From Promethearchaeota archaeon Loki_b31 (lineage in GTDB: Archaea; Asgardarchaeota; Lokiarchaeia; Sigyniarchaeales; SOKP01): a stretch of 61,996 bases of DNA. A program made the translations under genes and the position numbers. The notes below the pieces were generated by a model. It was not told the DNA's origin and did no database searches. It saw only the letters and a list, made by a program, of their open reading frames with translations. Below are positions 21,669-30,516 of this stretch, one piece after another. Every line of letters begins with the position of its first letter. Position 1 is the first letter of the stretch. The stretch spans positions 1-61,996 of the forward strand of contig NJBI01000013.1 in assembly GCA_005222975.1 (NCBI GenBank), read 5' to 3'.

Positions 21669-23879
21669 ATGAGATTTAAGATGAATAATTATTATAAAAA
21701 AAAAACTAAAGAGAACGAAAAAGTAATTGATTCAAAAAAAATTTCTGAACTATTTGGAATAGGCTCAGATAGTTATAACGAGATCACTAATTTTCTGGAA
21801 AAACAAGCGAAATTAGACGAATTAGAGTTCCAAAAGAAATATCGGCTTTGGAAATCGATTTTTAAGCGCATTTATGGCAATAATATTGATCATTCTCTTT
21901 TTCTAAAACATTCCTACTTCGCACTGATTCTAAAACTTTTAGTAGTGAGAAAATTAAACGCTCAAGGAAAAGAAAGTCTTAAAAAATTTTATCAGGATCA
22001 TAACTTGAGTGAATTAGAATATTTTTTTTGTCCAGATCTCAAAAAAGATGTTATTAACCAGATATACATATTATTAAAAGATTCTCGTTTTGCTTATCAT
22101 GATCTCTTCCAAAAATTGTATCAGCAAGTTTTCTTTATTATAACAAGGCACAAATTAGGAGAATTCTATACTCCACCTGAACTTGCTAAAAAAATGATTG
22201 ACGATTTTTACGAAATGGGAGTAAAAACTTTAGATCCTTCGTGCGGTTCTGGTGGTTTTTTAATTGAGATCATTATCAAAATCCTCAATTCTAACGTTAA
22301 AAAAAATGTAAAATTTGACGCGATTGAAAACATTTACGGCTTCGATATTAACTTATTAGCAACTTTGACAGCTAAGGTAAATATATTATTGTTACTTTTC
22401 GATTATTACAATGTAGAAAATGATAAACTCCCCAAAATAAATATTTTTCTAATAGACGCTCTTTTTCCCGACCAGAATAAAAAAAATCTAAAGATAAGTT
22501 TATCGGAGCTTTATCATTCGTTTGACTTAGTTATTGGGAACCCTCCGTGGTTAACATATAAAGATATTATCAATAAAGCGTACCAAATAAAGATTAGAAC
22601 GCTATCTGAAACATTAGGAATTAAGCCCCAAAGTCAATACATCACCCACATTGAACTAGCAGCAATTTTTTTTTACGCGATCCCTCTAACATTCTTAAAA
22701 ATTGGAGGAAGTATATTTTTTGTTCTTACTAAGAGCATTTTAAACGGAGATCACTGCTATGAGTTCCGCGCGTTTTCAGTTTTTAATAAGATTGAAATAT
22801 GGGATTTTCCAAATAATTATTTCTTTAACGTAGAGCATATCTGTCTAAAAGCGAAATATATTGGAAAAAATTCGGAAATTCCAATTTCCGAAAAATACCC
22901 AATTAAAACTAAAATTTACGATAACTCTCTTGAACTTCAACGGGTAACAAATTACTCTAGTTTAGCTTATGACGAGAAGGGAGCAAAAATTATTTTACCC
23001 GAACAAGATCTAAATTTCTTAAATACGCTTTCAGAAAGTCAATACAGGCGAAAATTCTTTCAAGGGGCGACTTTGGTGCCTCGAGCACTTGTTTTTTTTA
23101 AAATAGACGAGGAAAATGAAAAATATCTACAGATTTCTTCCGATCCTGACGTTAAATTACGCGCTAAGAAAAATTGGAGGTATTCTTTTCAAAATAAAAA
23201 AATTGAAAGCAAATTCAATTTTAAGGCTTTTTTAAACAAAGATTTAATACCATTCTGTATAAAACGATTTAAACGTGTTTTTTTGCCAATTAACGAAAAT
23301 TTTGAATTCGATGAGACCTTCCTTAGGAATAATCCAAGAGCTTTAGAATTTTACGATGAACTTAATAAATTTTACCGAGAAAACAAAGCAGAAACGAGTG
23401 AAATCGATAATCTTTTTTCAAACTTGAATTATTGGAATAAATTAACGAAACAAATTAATAACAAACAATATATTGTCGTATACAACGCAAGTGGTTCCCG
23501 TCTGAAATCGGCAGTTATCGATAACGAAGAAAAGGAAATAATAATTTGTTCAGAAAATTACTACTATTCCACCGATTCACAGAACGAAGCGCATTATATA
23601 TCGGCAATTTTCAATTCTCCAATACTTTCAAAAAATATTAAGCTCATAAAATCGAGTAGACACATTCATAAAAGACCTTTCTCTTTTCCAATACCATTAT
23701 ACGACGATCATAATGACCTCCATAGAAAATTGGCAAAAAAAAGCCAGAAATATCATACCGTAGTACAAGATTTGGTATTTAACAACCCAAAAATAACTCC
23801 TGAGAAGGTTAGAATTTTTATCAATCAAAAGCTAGTTAAACTGGATAATTTGACCAAAGAAGTTGTTTTTAAGATTTAA
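21669..23879 (+). CDS. N6-adenine DNA methyltransferase (Eco57I/type IIG-like MTase with specificity region)
   Basis: GEFYTPPELA, LDPSCGSGGF, GFDIN, VIGNPPW; no clear N-terminal nuclease domain. Confidence 0.88.
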   Translation: MRFKMNNYYKKKTKENEKVIDSKKISELFGIGSDSYNEITNFLEKQAKLDELEFQKKYRLWKSIFKRIYGNNIDHSLFLKHSYFALILKLLVVRKLNAQGKESLKKFYQDHNLSELEYFFCPDLKKDVINQIYILLKDSRFAYHDLFQKLYQQVFFIITRHKLGEFYTPPELAKKMIDDFYEMGVKTLDPSCGSGGFLIEIIIKILNSNVKKNVKFDAIENIYGFDINLLATLTAKVNILLLLFDYYNVENDKLPKINIFLIDALFPDQNKKNLKISLSELYHSFDLVIGNPPWLTYKDIINKAYQIKIRTLSETLGIKPQSQYITHIELAAIFFYAIPLTFLKIGGSIFFVLTKSILNGDHCYEFRAFSVFNKIEIWDFPNNYFFNVEHICLKAKYIGKNSEIPISEKYPIKTKIYDNSLELQRVTNYSSLAYDEKGAKIILPEQDLNFLNTLSESQYRRKFFQGATLVPRALVFFKIDEENEKYLQISSDPDVKLRAKKNWRYSFQNKKIESKFNFKAFLNKDLIPFCIKRFKRVFLPINENFEFDETFLRNNPRALEFYDELNKFYRENKAETSEIDNLFSNLNYWNKLTKQINNKQYIVVYNASGSRLKSAVIDNEEKEIIICSENYYYSTDSQNEAHYISAIFNSPILSKNIKLIKSSRHIHKRPFSFPIPLYDDHNDLHRKLAKKSQKYHTVVQDLVFNNPKITPEKVRIFINQKLVKLDNLTKEVVFKI

Positions 23880-24010
23880 TGGTAAATTAAATTAATTCGA
23901 AATACTATTTTTATCAAAAATTAGAATTTTAGAAAAGTTTATCTTTCACAAATAATTTAAATACTTGAAATAGAGTGAGAAAAGAAAGATTTTTTTAGTG
24001 AACAAATAAA

Positions 24011-25159
24011 TTGAACTTTACAGAATTAGGAATTAACGAACATAACGCTAACGCGTTAAAAAAAGTTAACATAAATAAACCCACGCCTGTCCAACTAAAA
24101 GCTATTCCTCTAATCTTAAAGGGCCAAAACATAATGGCTCAAGCGAGAACGGGTAGTGGAAAAACTTTAGCTTTTATACTTCCAATAATAGAAAACCTTA
24201 AATTTACGCGTAATGAAGCTTTAATCTTGGTCCCAACGAGAGAGTTAGCAAATCAAATATACGAAGTAGTTAGAGATTTGGGAGATTCAAGAGTAAAAGC
24301 ATTTCCGATTTATGGTGGAGTTTCTATAAATAATCAAATAAATAAACTAGAAAACGGCATAAATATTATCATTGGAACTCCTGGAAGAATAATCGATTTG
24401 TACAAAAGAAGAAAGTTAAGATTAAATGAAATCAAGTTTGTTGTCGTTGATGAAGCTGATAGAATGTTTGATATGGGTTTCACTCCAGATGTGAAATACA
24501 TTTTAAATCAAATTCATTCGGATTACCAATTCATGCTCTTCTCTGCAACTTTTGACAACAGAATCAGAGAATTAGTGAAAAAATATTCGAAAAATAGTTT
24601 CGAATTTTTAAATTTAAGCAGAGATCATTTGACTGTTGGAAATACAAAACAGTTCTATTATCTGATTGACAGATATGGAGATAAACTAAAAACTTTCCTT
24701 AAAATATTGAGGAGAGAAAAACCAGATCACCTTCTAGTCTTCGTGAACACGAAAAGAACTGCGTCTTGGTTGAGCAAGAGGTTAAAGTCGTTAGATAATT
24801 TCATATATAATGTGGATCTCATTTCTGGAGACTTGTCTCAATATCAAAGAGAAAAAATTTTAAAAGCTTTTAAAGCGCATAAGATTAACCTACTCATTGC
24901 CACAGATGTTGCAGCTAGAGGTCTGGATATCAATAATATTTCGCATGTTTTTAATTACGACATTCCAAAATTCCCAGAGAATTATGTTCATCGAATAGGG
25001 AGAACTTCTCGTATGAATAAACGCGGAGTTGCAATTACACTCTGTTTAAAAGACGAATACGAATATCTTTGTCACATCGAAGGATTGATCGATAAGGAAA
25101 TTAAGGAAAAAACCATATATTCTCCAGTAAATACTCAATATCATAACCCCTTTTACTAA
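24011..25159 (+). CDS. DEAD-box RNA helicase
   Basis: PTPVQ, ARTGSGKT, PTRELA, TPGR, DEAD, SAT, ARGLD, HRIGRTSR. Confidence 0.97.
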   Translation: MNFTELGINEHNANALKKVNINKPTPVQLKAIPLILKGQNIMAQARTGSGKTLAFILPIIENLKFTRNEALILVPTRELANQIYEVVRDLGDSRVKAFPIYGGVSINNQINKLENGINIIIGTPGRIIDLYKRRKLRLNEIKFVVVDEADRMFDMGFTPDVKYILNQIHSDYQFMLFSATFDNRIRELVKKYSKNSFEFLNLSRDHLTVGNTKQFYYLIDRYGDKLKTFLKILRREKPDHLLVFVNTKRTASWLSKRLKSLDNFIYNVDLISGDLSQYQREKILKAFKAHKINLLIATDVAARGLDINNISHVFNYDIPKFPENYVHRIGRTSRMNKRGVAITLCLKDEYEYLCHIEGLIDKEIKEKTIYSPVNTQYHNPFY

Positions 25160-25230
25160 AGCTAAATTTGAACATAATACCTATTTCTTAAAAAAAAGAA
25201 CTTCAAATTTTATTCGTGATATATGGATAC

Positions 25231-25262
25231 TAGAATTAATTGCATTCAGTTAGAATTAATTG
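25231..25262. promoter_or_regulatory. Direct repeat TAGAATTAATTG x2 (20-bp period) upstream of the MglA-like gene
   Basis: Copies at 25231-25242 and 25251-25262. Confidence 0.35.
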
Positions 25263-25372
25263 AATTATTAATAATAGCAAAGTTTTTGATTTGCAAAATT
25301 TAATATATATTAAATATTATTAGTTCTATAAAATCAAACTTGACTTTTTAATTATAATCGAGGTTTTAATCA

Positions 25373-25987
25373 ATGCCAAGTAGACGAGGAGACGGAACGC
25401 TAGTCTTTAAAATTTGTTTTTACGGTCCTTCGCTCGGTGGAAAAACTACCGCACTAGAATGGGTTTACCATCGCGAAGGATTAGCTTCAGGGGATATGCA
25501 ACAGATTCAGGACCCTACTGGACGAACTCTGTTTTTTGATCGGGTAGTTGCAAGAGTATCTAATGTAGTCTTTCAGGTTTACACTGTAGCAGGACAAAGG
25601 CGCCACAAATTCCAACGCCAGACCGTTTTGAAGGGCACCGATGCCGTGATCTTCACTTTTGATTCTCTAATTGACCAATGGGGCGAAAATATATGGTCAT
25701 TAAAAGAACTATTGAAGTTTTACGGGGATAAATTAATTCCAGCAGCCCCATTTGACCCACCAGAAGTACCTATGGTAGTGTTAGCCAATAAGAGAGATCT
25801 TGAAGACATTGTTGAGATATCAAAAATTAGACAGGTTTTAGATACCGCCAAGATGGATCACACCTTGATTTACGAAACCATCGCTATTACGGGAGTTAAT
25901 GTAAAAAGAGCATTTGTATATGCAGCCAGACAAGCTGTGCTTAACCACTATAAAAAATTGAGTGGCAAAGCTATGGAAAGCCCATAA
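25373..25987 (+). CDS. MglA-family small GTPase
   Basis: KICFYGPSLGGKTT, RTLFFD, YTVAGQ (cf. TVPGQ), NKRD. Confidence 0.9.
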   Translation: MPSRRGDGTLVFKICFYGPSLGGKTTALEWVYHREGLASGDMQQIQDPTGRTLFFDRVVARVSNVVFQVYTVAGQRRHKFQRQTVLKGTDAVIFTFDSLIDQWGENIWSLKELLKFYGDKLIPAAPFDPPEVPMVVLANKRDLEDIVEISKIRQVLDTAKMDHTLIYETIAITGVNVKRAFVYAARQAVLNHYKKLSGKAMESP

Positions 25988-25999
25988 TAAGACCTTAAT

Positions 26000-26548
26000 T
26001 TAGACCTTAATTTTAATAATTTGTGGTTCTATTTTATTCTTTGATATTCTTAAATAACCGTATGAACTAACTACTGTAAATTTATTATCGATAGGAGTTG
26101 TTGTTCCTGGGTTTAAAAATAAGATATCGTGGTGTATCTCATTAACTGGCCTATGAGTATGGCCAAAAATTACAATGTTATAATCAGAATTAAGCAAGTC
26201 TAATTTTTTAATTAACCGTTTAACGATTATATTTGGACCGCCCATCCCATGTAGCATTAATATTTTATGACCGAATAATTCAAATTCCAGCTTTTTAGGA
26301 AGCGTTTCTTTTAGTTTTGAGTCAAAATCCATGTTGCCAAGAACTGCAATTACTTTTTTTTCGCCAAAAGTATCGATAAGAGCTTCGTATACTTTATACG
26401 AAACGAAATCCCCCATATGAAAAACATAATCCACATTCTTTTTCTTAAAATCATCAATAATTACCTGTGGAATTTCATTGGTTCTTTGGGGAATGTGCGT
26501 GTCAGACAATAGACCTATCAACAATTCTTCTTTATCAGTTTCTAACAT
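26000..26548 (-). CDS. YfcE/Vps29-family metallophosphoesterase
   Basis: SDTH, HMGD, GNMD, HG, GHTH, NPG. Confidence 0.93.
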   Translation of the reverse strand: MLETDKEELLIGLLSDTHIPQRTNEIPQVIIDDFKKKNVDYVFHMGDFVSYKVYEALIDTFGEKKVIAVLGNMDFDSKLKETLPKKLEFELFGHKILMLHGMGGPNIIVKRLIKKLDLLNSDYNIVIFGHTHRPVNEIHHDILFLNPGTTTPIDNKFTVVSSYGYLRISKNKIEPQIIKIKV

Positions 26549-26605
26549 ATTTTAAACCTATTATTTAATATAGCTAAAATTGATCTTTTTTCTATTCTTC
26601 TTGAA

Positions 26606-27532
26606 TTATTCTTCTTGAGGCTCTTGCTTTCTCATTCTAAATTTAACGACTTTAAGCGTAAAGTTAACGATTTCTTCTATGGTGTTCCATCGTCCTTCGT
26701 CAAGTTTTTCTTTCATCCAATAATATAGATCTTGTTTAATGGGAATAGCCGTGTATATGGGTTGCGATAACTGCGCTTCTTGAGAATGAGCTTTATTCAT
26801 AAGCCAAGAGATTACATTAGAAATTAATTTAAAGTTGTCAGCAGCGTGAATGCCGTATGAATCGTGAAAGCCAGAAAAAAGAGACAAGTTCCCTATGGCT
26901 ACAATTTTTCCCATGCCATAATGTCCGATTGCGATTATAGGAGCACTTTCTACGGGTTCGTCAACCCATTCTTCTCCATCAAGATATTTGTGCCAAGCAG
27001 ATTCTTCAGAGGAGAATGCGACTGCGCTAACGTCAATATCTTCATTTTCAACTGATTTATCAATTTCTAAAGTACAGCCTACAGAATGAATAATTTGAGT
27101 GATATCTCGAGTTATAAAGTGTTTTTTGAATTCTTTAATTATCGGACGCGAATTATCTTTCGAGAAATTTTCGTTATCAAATAGCTGATCGTGATTGAAT
27201 TTAATTCCAAAATGTTTTGTTAACTCGGATAAATTATTGTTGTTCTCGTGGTCTCCTCCTTTATCGTTTACAATTAGAAGAGACCCTCCATCTTTAACAT
27301 ACTTTAATAAATCCTCAATCTCTTCAGGAGTTAAATATGATTCAGCAATTGGAACACCTATGATAAACACATTATAAGCAGATAATTTTTTATAAGTAAT
27401 TCCCGCTTCAATTTTTCCCAATTTTAAATCCGAATTAAATAGGAACTCAATAAAATCGGTGAATCCGGGGTCTTCTATTATTAACTTGTTTTTGTGGGAA
27501 TAATCAAACCCAATATTATATTCAGTACTCAT
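26606..27532 (-). CDS. GldG/IFT52 (GIFT)/DUF4350-like domain with C-terminal RHH-like domain
   Basis: IGFDYSH, EIEDLLKYVKDGGSLL, NLSELTKHFGIKFN, GMGKIVAIGN..DNFKLISNVISWL; tail AIPIKQDLYYWMKEKLDEGRWNTIEEIVNF. Confidence 0.7.
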   Translation of the reverse strand: MSTEYNIGFDYSHKNKLIIEDPGFTDFIEFLFNSDLKLGKIEAGITYKKLSAYNVFIIGVPIAESYLTPEEIEDLLKYVKDGGSLLIVNDKGGDHENNNNLSELTKHFGIKFNHDQLFDNENFSKDNSRPIIKEFKKHFITRDITQIIHSVGCTLEIDKSVENEDIDVSAVAFSSEESAWHKYLDGEEWVDEPVESAPIIAIGHYGMGKIVAIGNLSLFSGFHDSYGIHAADNFKLISNVISWLMNKAHSQEAQLSQPIYTAIPIKQDLYYWMKEKLDEGRWNTIEEIVNFTLKVVKFRMRKQEPQEE

Positions 27533-27609
27533 GAAGTTGCAATTTTTGAATTAGATATGAAATTAATACATGATAATATTTTATTTAGATTAAAAATTTA
27601 TTTCTATCT

Positions 27610-27969
27610 ATGATAAAAAAAAATTATAGGGAAGTAGAAAACAAAGAAGCGACGTTAATCGATGGCACTCCAGTTAAAAACGTTTACGTTAGGTGGGTAA
27701 TTAACAAAGAAGATGATGGAGCTCAAAACTTCGCTATGAGGCGATTTGAAATTAGACCAGATACCAAAGTACCACTTCACAATCACCCCCAAGACCACGA
27801 AATTTACATTTTAAGCGGAAAAGGAAGATTTTACGACGATTCTGGTAAGGAAGAAGTAGTTGGGAGCGGAGATGTGTTGTATATCCCTCCATTTGAGAAA
27901 CATGGAATAGATAATCTTAGTAAAGACGATCTAGTCTTCATATGCCTTATTCCATATCTCAAAAAATAG
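27610..27969 (+). CDS. Cupin-domain protein
   Basis: PLHNHPQDHEIYILSGKG..GDVLYIPPFEKHG. Confidence 0.92.
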   Translation: MIKKNYREVENKEATLIDGTPVKNVYVRWVINKEDDGAQNFAMRRFEIRPDTKVPLHNHPQDHEIYILSGKGRFYDDSGKEEVVGSGDVLYIPPFEKHGIDNLSKDDLVFICLIPYLKK

Positions 27970-27992
27970 ATAAAAAAAGAAAGTAAACCTTT

Positions 27993-30461
27993 TCATTCTT
28001 CTTCCTTATCGTCAATGTATGTTGCGCATTTACCTATTGCAACAACAGAGTCGTCTTTATATAGTTTTATTGCTCTAACTCCTTTTGCTTTTCTATGAGT
28101 TATTCTAATTGAATCCAATGGAAGTCTGATTACTTGTCCTTGTTCTGTGCCTATTAAGATATCCACCAATTTTCCCATTTTTATTGCAATAACTTTGTCA
28201 TTTTTTTCAAGATTTAATGAAATATTTTTTACTCCTTTAGCATTTCTCCCTGTTTTTCGATATTCTTTAAGAAAGGTTCTTTGTCCGTAGCCTTTTTCAG
28301 TTAGGGTTAGAATAATATTATCGTCAGTTACTAACAAACTATCGATTACTTCGTCCCCCACCCTTAACGCGGCTCCTTTCACGCCCATTGAGGTTCTTCC
28401 TAATTGTCTTAGCTCTGATTCGTCAAATCTTACGGCATAACCGAGTTTTGTTGCAATAAAAATATCTTGTAGCTCGTTTGAGAGTCTTTTTACGCTAATT
28501 AATTCGTCATCTGGTCTTATTCGATGAGCCCGCACACCTGTCTTTTTAAATTTCGAGAATAACCTTAAAGGGCACTTCTTTATAATGCCCTTTTTGGTGG
28601 TCATAATGAGCATTTCATTAGTGTCAAAGTTATTAATTGGAATCATCGCTGATATGTTTTCCCCCGGTTGCAGGGCGACCAAATTTATGATGGGTTTCCC
28701 TCTAGCCGTACGCGTTTGTAACGGAAGTTCAAAACATTTCATGGAATATACTCTACCTTTGGAAGTAAAAATTAAGATCGTGTCGTGAGTGGAACAAACA
28801 AATAAATCGGTTATGAAATCTTCTTCACGAACAGTCATACCTTTTTTTCCGCGTCCGCCTCGCCTTTGAGCGTGGTAATCTTCTACAGAAATTCTTTTTA
28901 TGTATTGGTTTTTAGTGAAGATTACAATTGTTGGCTCTTTTTTAATTAAATCTTTCCTTTTAAGTTCTCTAATATTTTGGTCTTCAATAATCTCAATTCT
29001 TGTTTTTCTTTTATCGCCATACTTTTTGTTTAGTTCGGTTAATTCTTGCTTAATTATACTTAAACGAATTTTTTTACTTTCTAATATCTTTTCTAATTCT
29101 GTGATACTTTTTTTCAAAGATTTTTCTTCGTCAACTAGTTTTTGTTGTTCTAAATTTGTTAATCTCGATAATGGCATACTCAATATCGCTTGAACTTGAA
29201 TATCACTTAATTTATATGCCATTTTCAATTTAATCTTTGCGTCGTTGGTATCACTAGCGCTTTTAATAATGTTTACAACATCATCTATATTATTTAAAGC
29301 GATTAAAAGACCCTCAACTTTATGAAGCCTACCTTTAGCTTTTTTGAGATGAAATTCGGTTCTTTTATAAATAATTTTAAGGCGGTGCTCGATATATTCT
29401 TCTATTAACTCTTTCAAATTAAGAATCTTAGGTTGTCTTCCTTCGTTTATTAATACTAAATTACTAATGTTAAATGTCGTTTGAAGCCTAGTTCTTTTAA
29501 ATATGATATTTTTCAGTATAACTGGTTGAGCATTTTTAGATAATTCTATAACAATTCGCATTCCTTTTCTGTCAGATTCGTCTCTTAAATCTCGAACATC
29601 TTTAAGTACTCCATCTTTTATGAGTTTGGCAATCGCTTCGATTAGGGTAGTTTTATTCACTAAATAAGGAATTTCAGAAATAATTAATCGATTTTTATTT
29701 CCTTTTGTTTCGACGTCAACTGTTCCTCTTAAAGTTATATTGCCCATTCCAGTTGTATAAGCATTGTAAATACCATTCGTATCAATAATGCTTCCTCCTG
29801 TTGGAAAGTCTGGTCCTTTTATAATTTCCATAAGTTCCTCAGTAGATATCACAGGATCGTCAACTGTTGCAATAATTCCTTGACAAATTTCCGTTAGGTT
29901 ATGAGGAGGCATAGACGTAGCCATCCCAACTGCTATTCCTTTTGTTCCGTTGATTAGCATATTTGGTAACTTAGCAGGTAAAAAAGCAGGTTCTTTTAAA
30001 CTATCATCAAAATTTGGGACAAAGTCCACTGTTTCATTATCTAGATCTTCGATTAGTTCATTAGATATTTGTGCTAATCTTGCTTCAGTATAACGCATAG
30101 CAGCAGGGGGGTCTCCATCGATCGATCCGAAATTCCCCTGTGGATCGATTAACGGATATCTTAACGAAAAGTCTTGTGCCATACGAACTAACGTATTATA
30201 CAACGCAGCGTCTCCATGAGGATGATACTTCCCCATAGTCTCGCCCACAATCCTCGCGGATTTCACGTGTGCGTGATTGAAATAATAATTGTTATCGGCC
30301 ATAGCGTAAATTATTCTACGATGTACGGGTTTTAAACCATCTCTCACATCGGGAATCGCACGCCCAACGACAACGGACATGGCATAATCTATATAACTAC
30401 TTTTCATTTCCTCTTTTAATTCGATCTCTATAATATTCTCTGAAGTCATTTTTAATACCAA
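27993..30461 (-). CDS. gyrA: DNA gyrase subunit A
   Basis: RAIPDVRDGLKPVHRR, YHPHGD, AAMRYTE, GyrA-box QRRGGRG. Confidence 0.97.
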   Translation of the reverse strand: MVLKMTSENIIEIELKEEMKSSYIDYAMSVVVGRAIPDVRDGLKPVHRRIIYAMADNNYYFNHAHVKSARIVGETMGKYHPHGDAALYNTLVRMAQDFSLRYPLIDPQGNFGSIDGDPPAAMRYTEARLAQISNELIEDLDNETVDFVPNFDDSLKEPAFLPAKLPNMLINGTKGIAVGMATSMPPHNLTEICQGIIATVDDPVISTEELMEIIKGPDFPTGGSIIDTNGIYNAYTTGMGNITLRGTVDVETKGNKNRLIISEIPYLVNKTTLIEAIAKLIKDGVLKDVRDLRDESDRKGMRIVIELSKNAQPVILKNIIFKRTRLQTTFNISNLVLINEGRQPKILNLKELIEEYIEHRLKIIYKRTEFHLKKAKGRLHKVEGLLIALNNIDDVVNIIKSASDTNDAKIKLKMAYKLSDIQVQAILSMPLSRLTNLEQQKLVDEEKSLKKSITELEKILESKKIRLSIIKQELTELNKKYGDKRKTRIEIIEDQNIRELKRKDLIKKEPTIVIFTKNQYIKRISVEDYHAQRRGGRGKKGMTVREEDFITDLFVCSTHDTILIFTSKGRVYSMKCFELPLQTRTARGKPIINLVALQPGENISAMIPINNFDTNEMLIMTTKKGIIKKCPLRLFSKFKKTGVRAHRIRPDDELISVKRLSNELQDIFIATKLGYAVRFDESELRQLGRTSMGVKGAALRVGDEVIDSLLVTDDNIILTLTEKGYGQRTFLKEYRKTGRNAKGVKNISLNLEKNDKVIAIKMGKLVDILIGTEQGQVIRLPLDSIRITHRKAKGVRAIKLYKDDSVVAIGKCATYIDDKEEE

Positions 30462-30516
30462 ATCTATTTAATCTTTAATAATATTTAATAAAAAGATAAA
30501 TTACACACATCAAATA

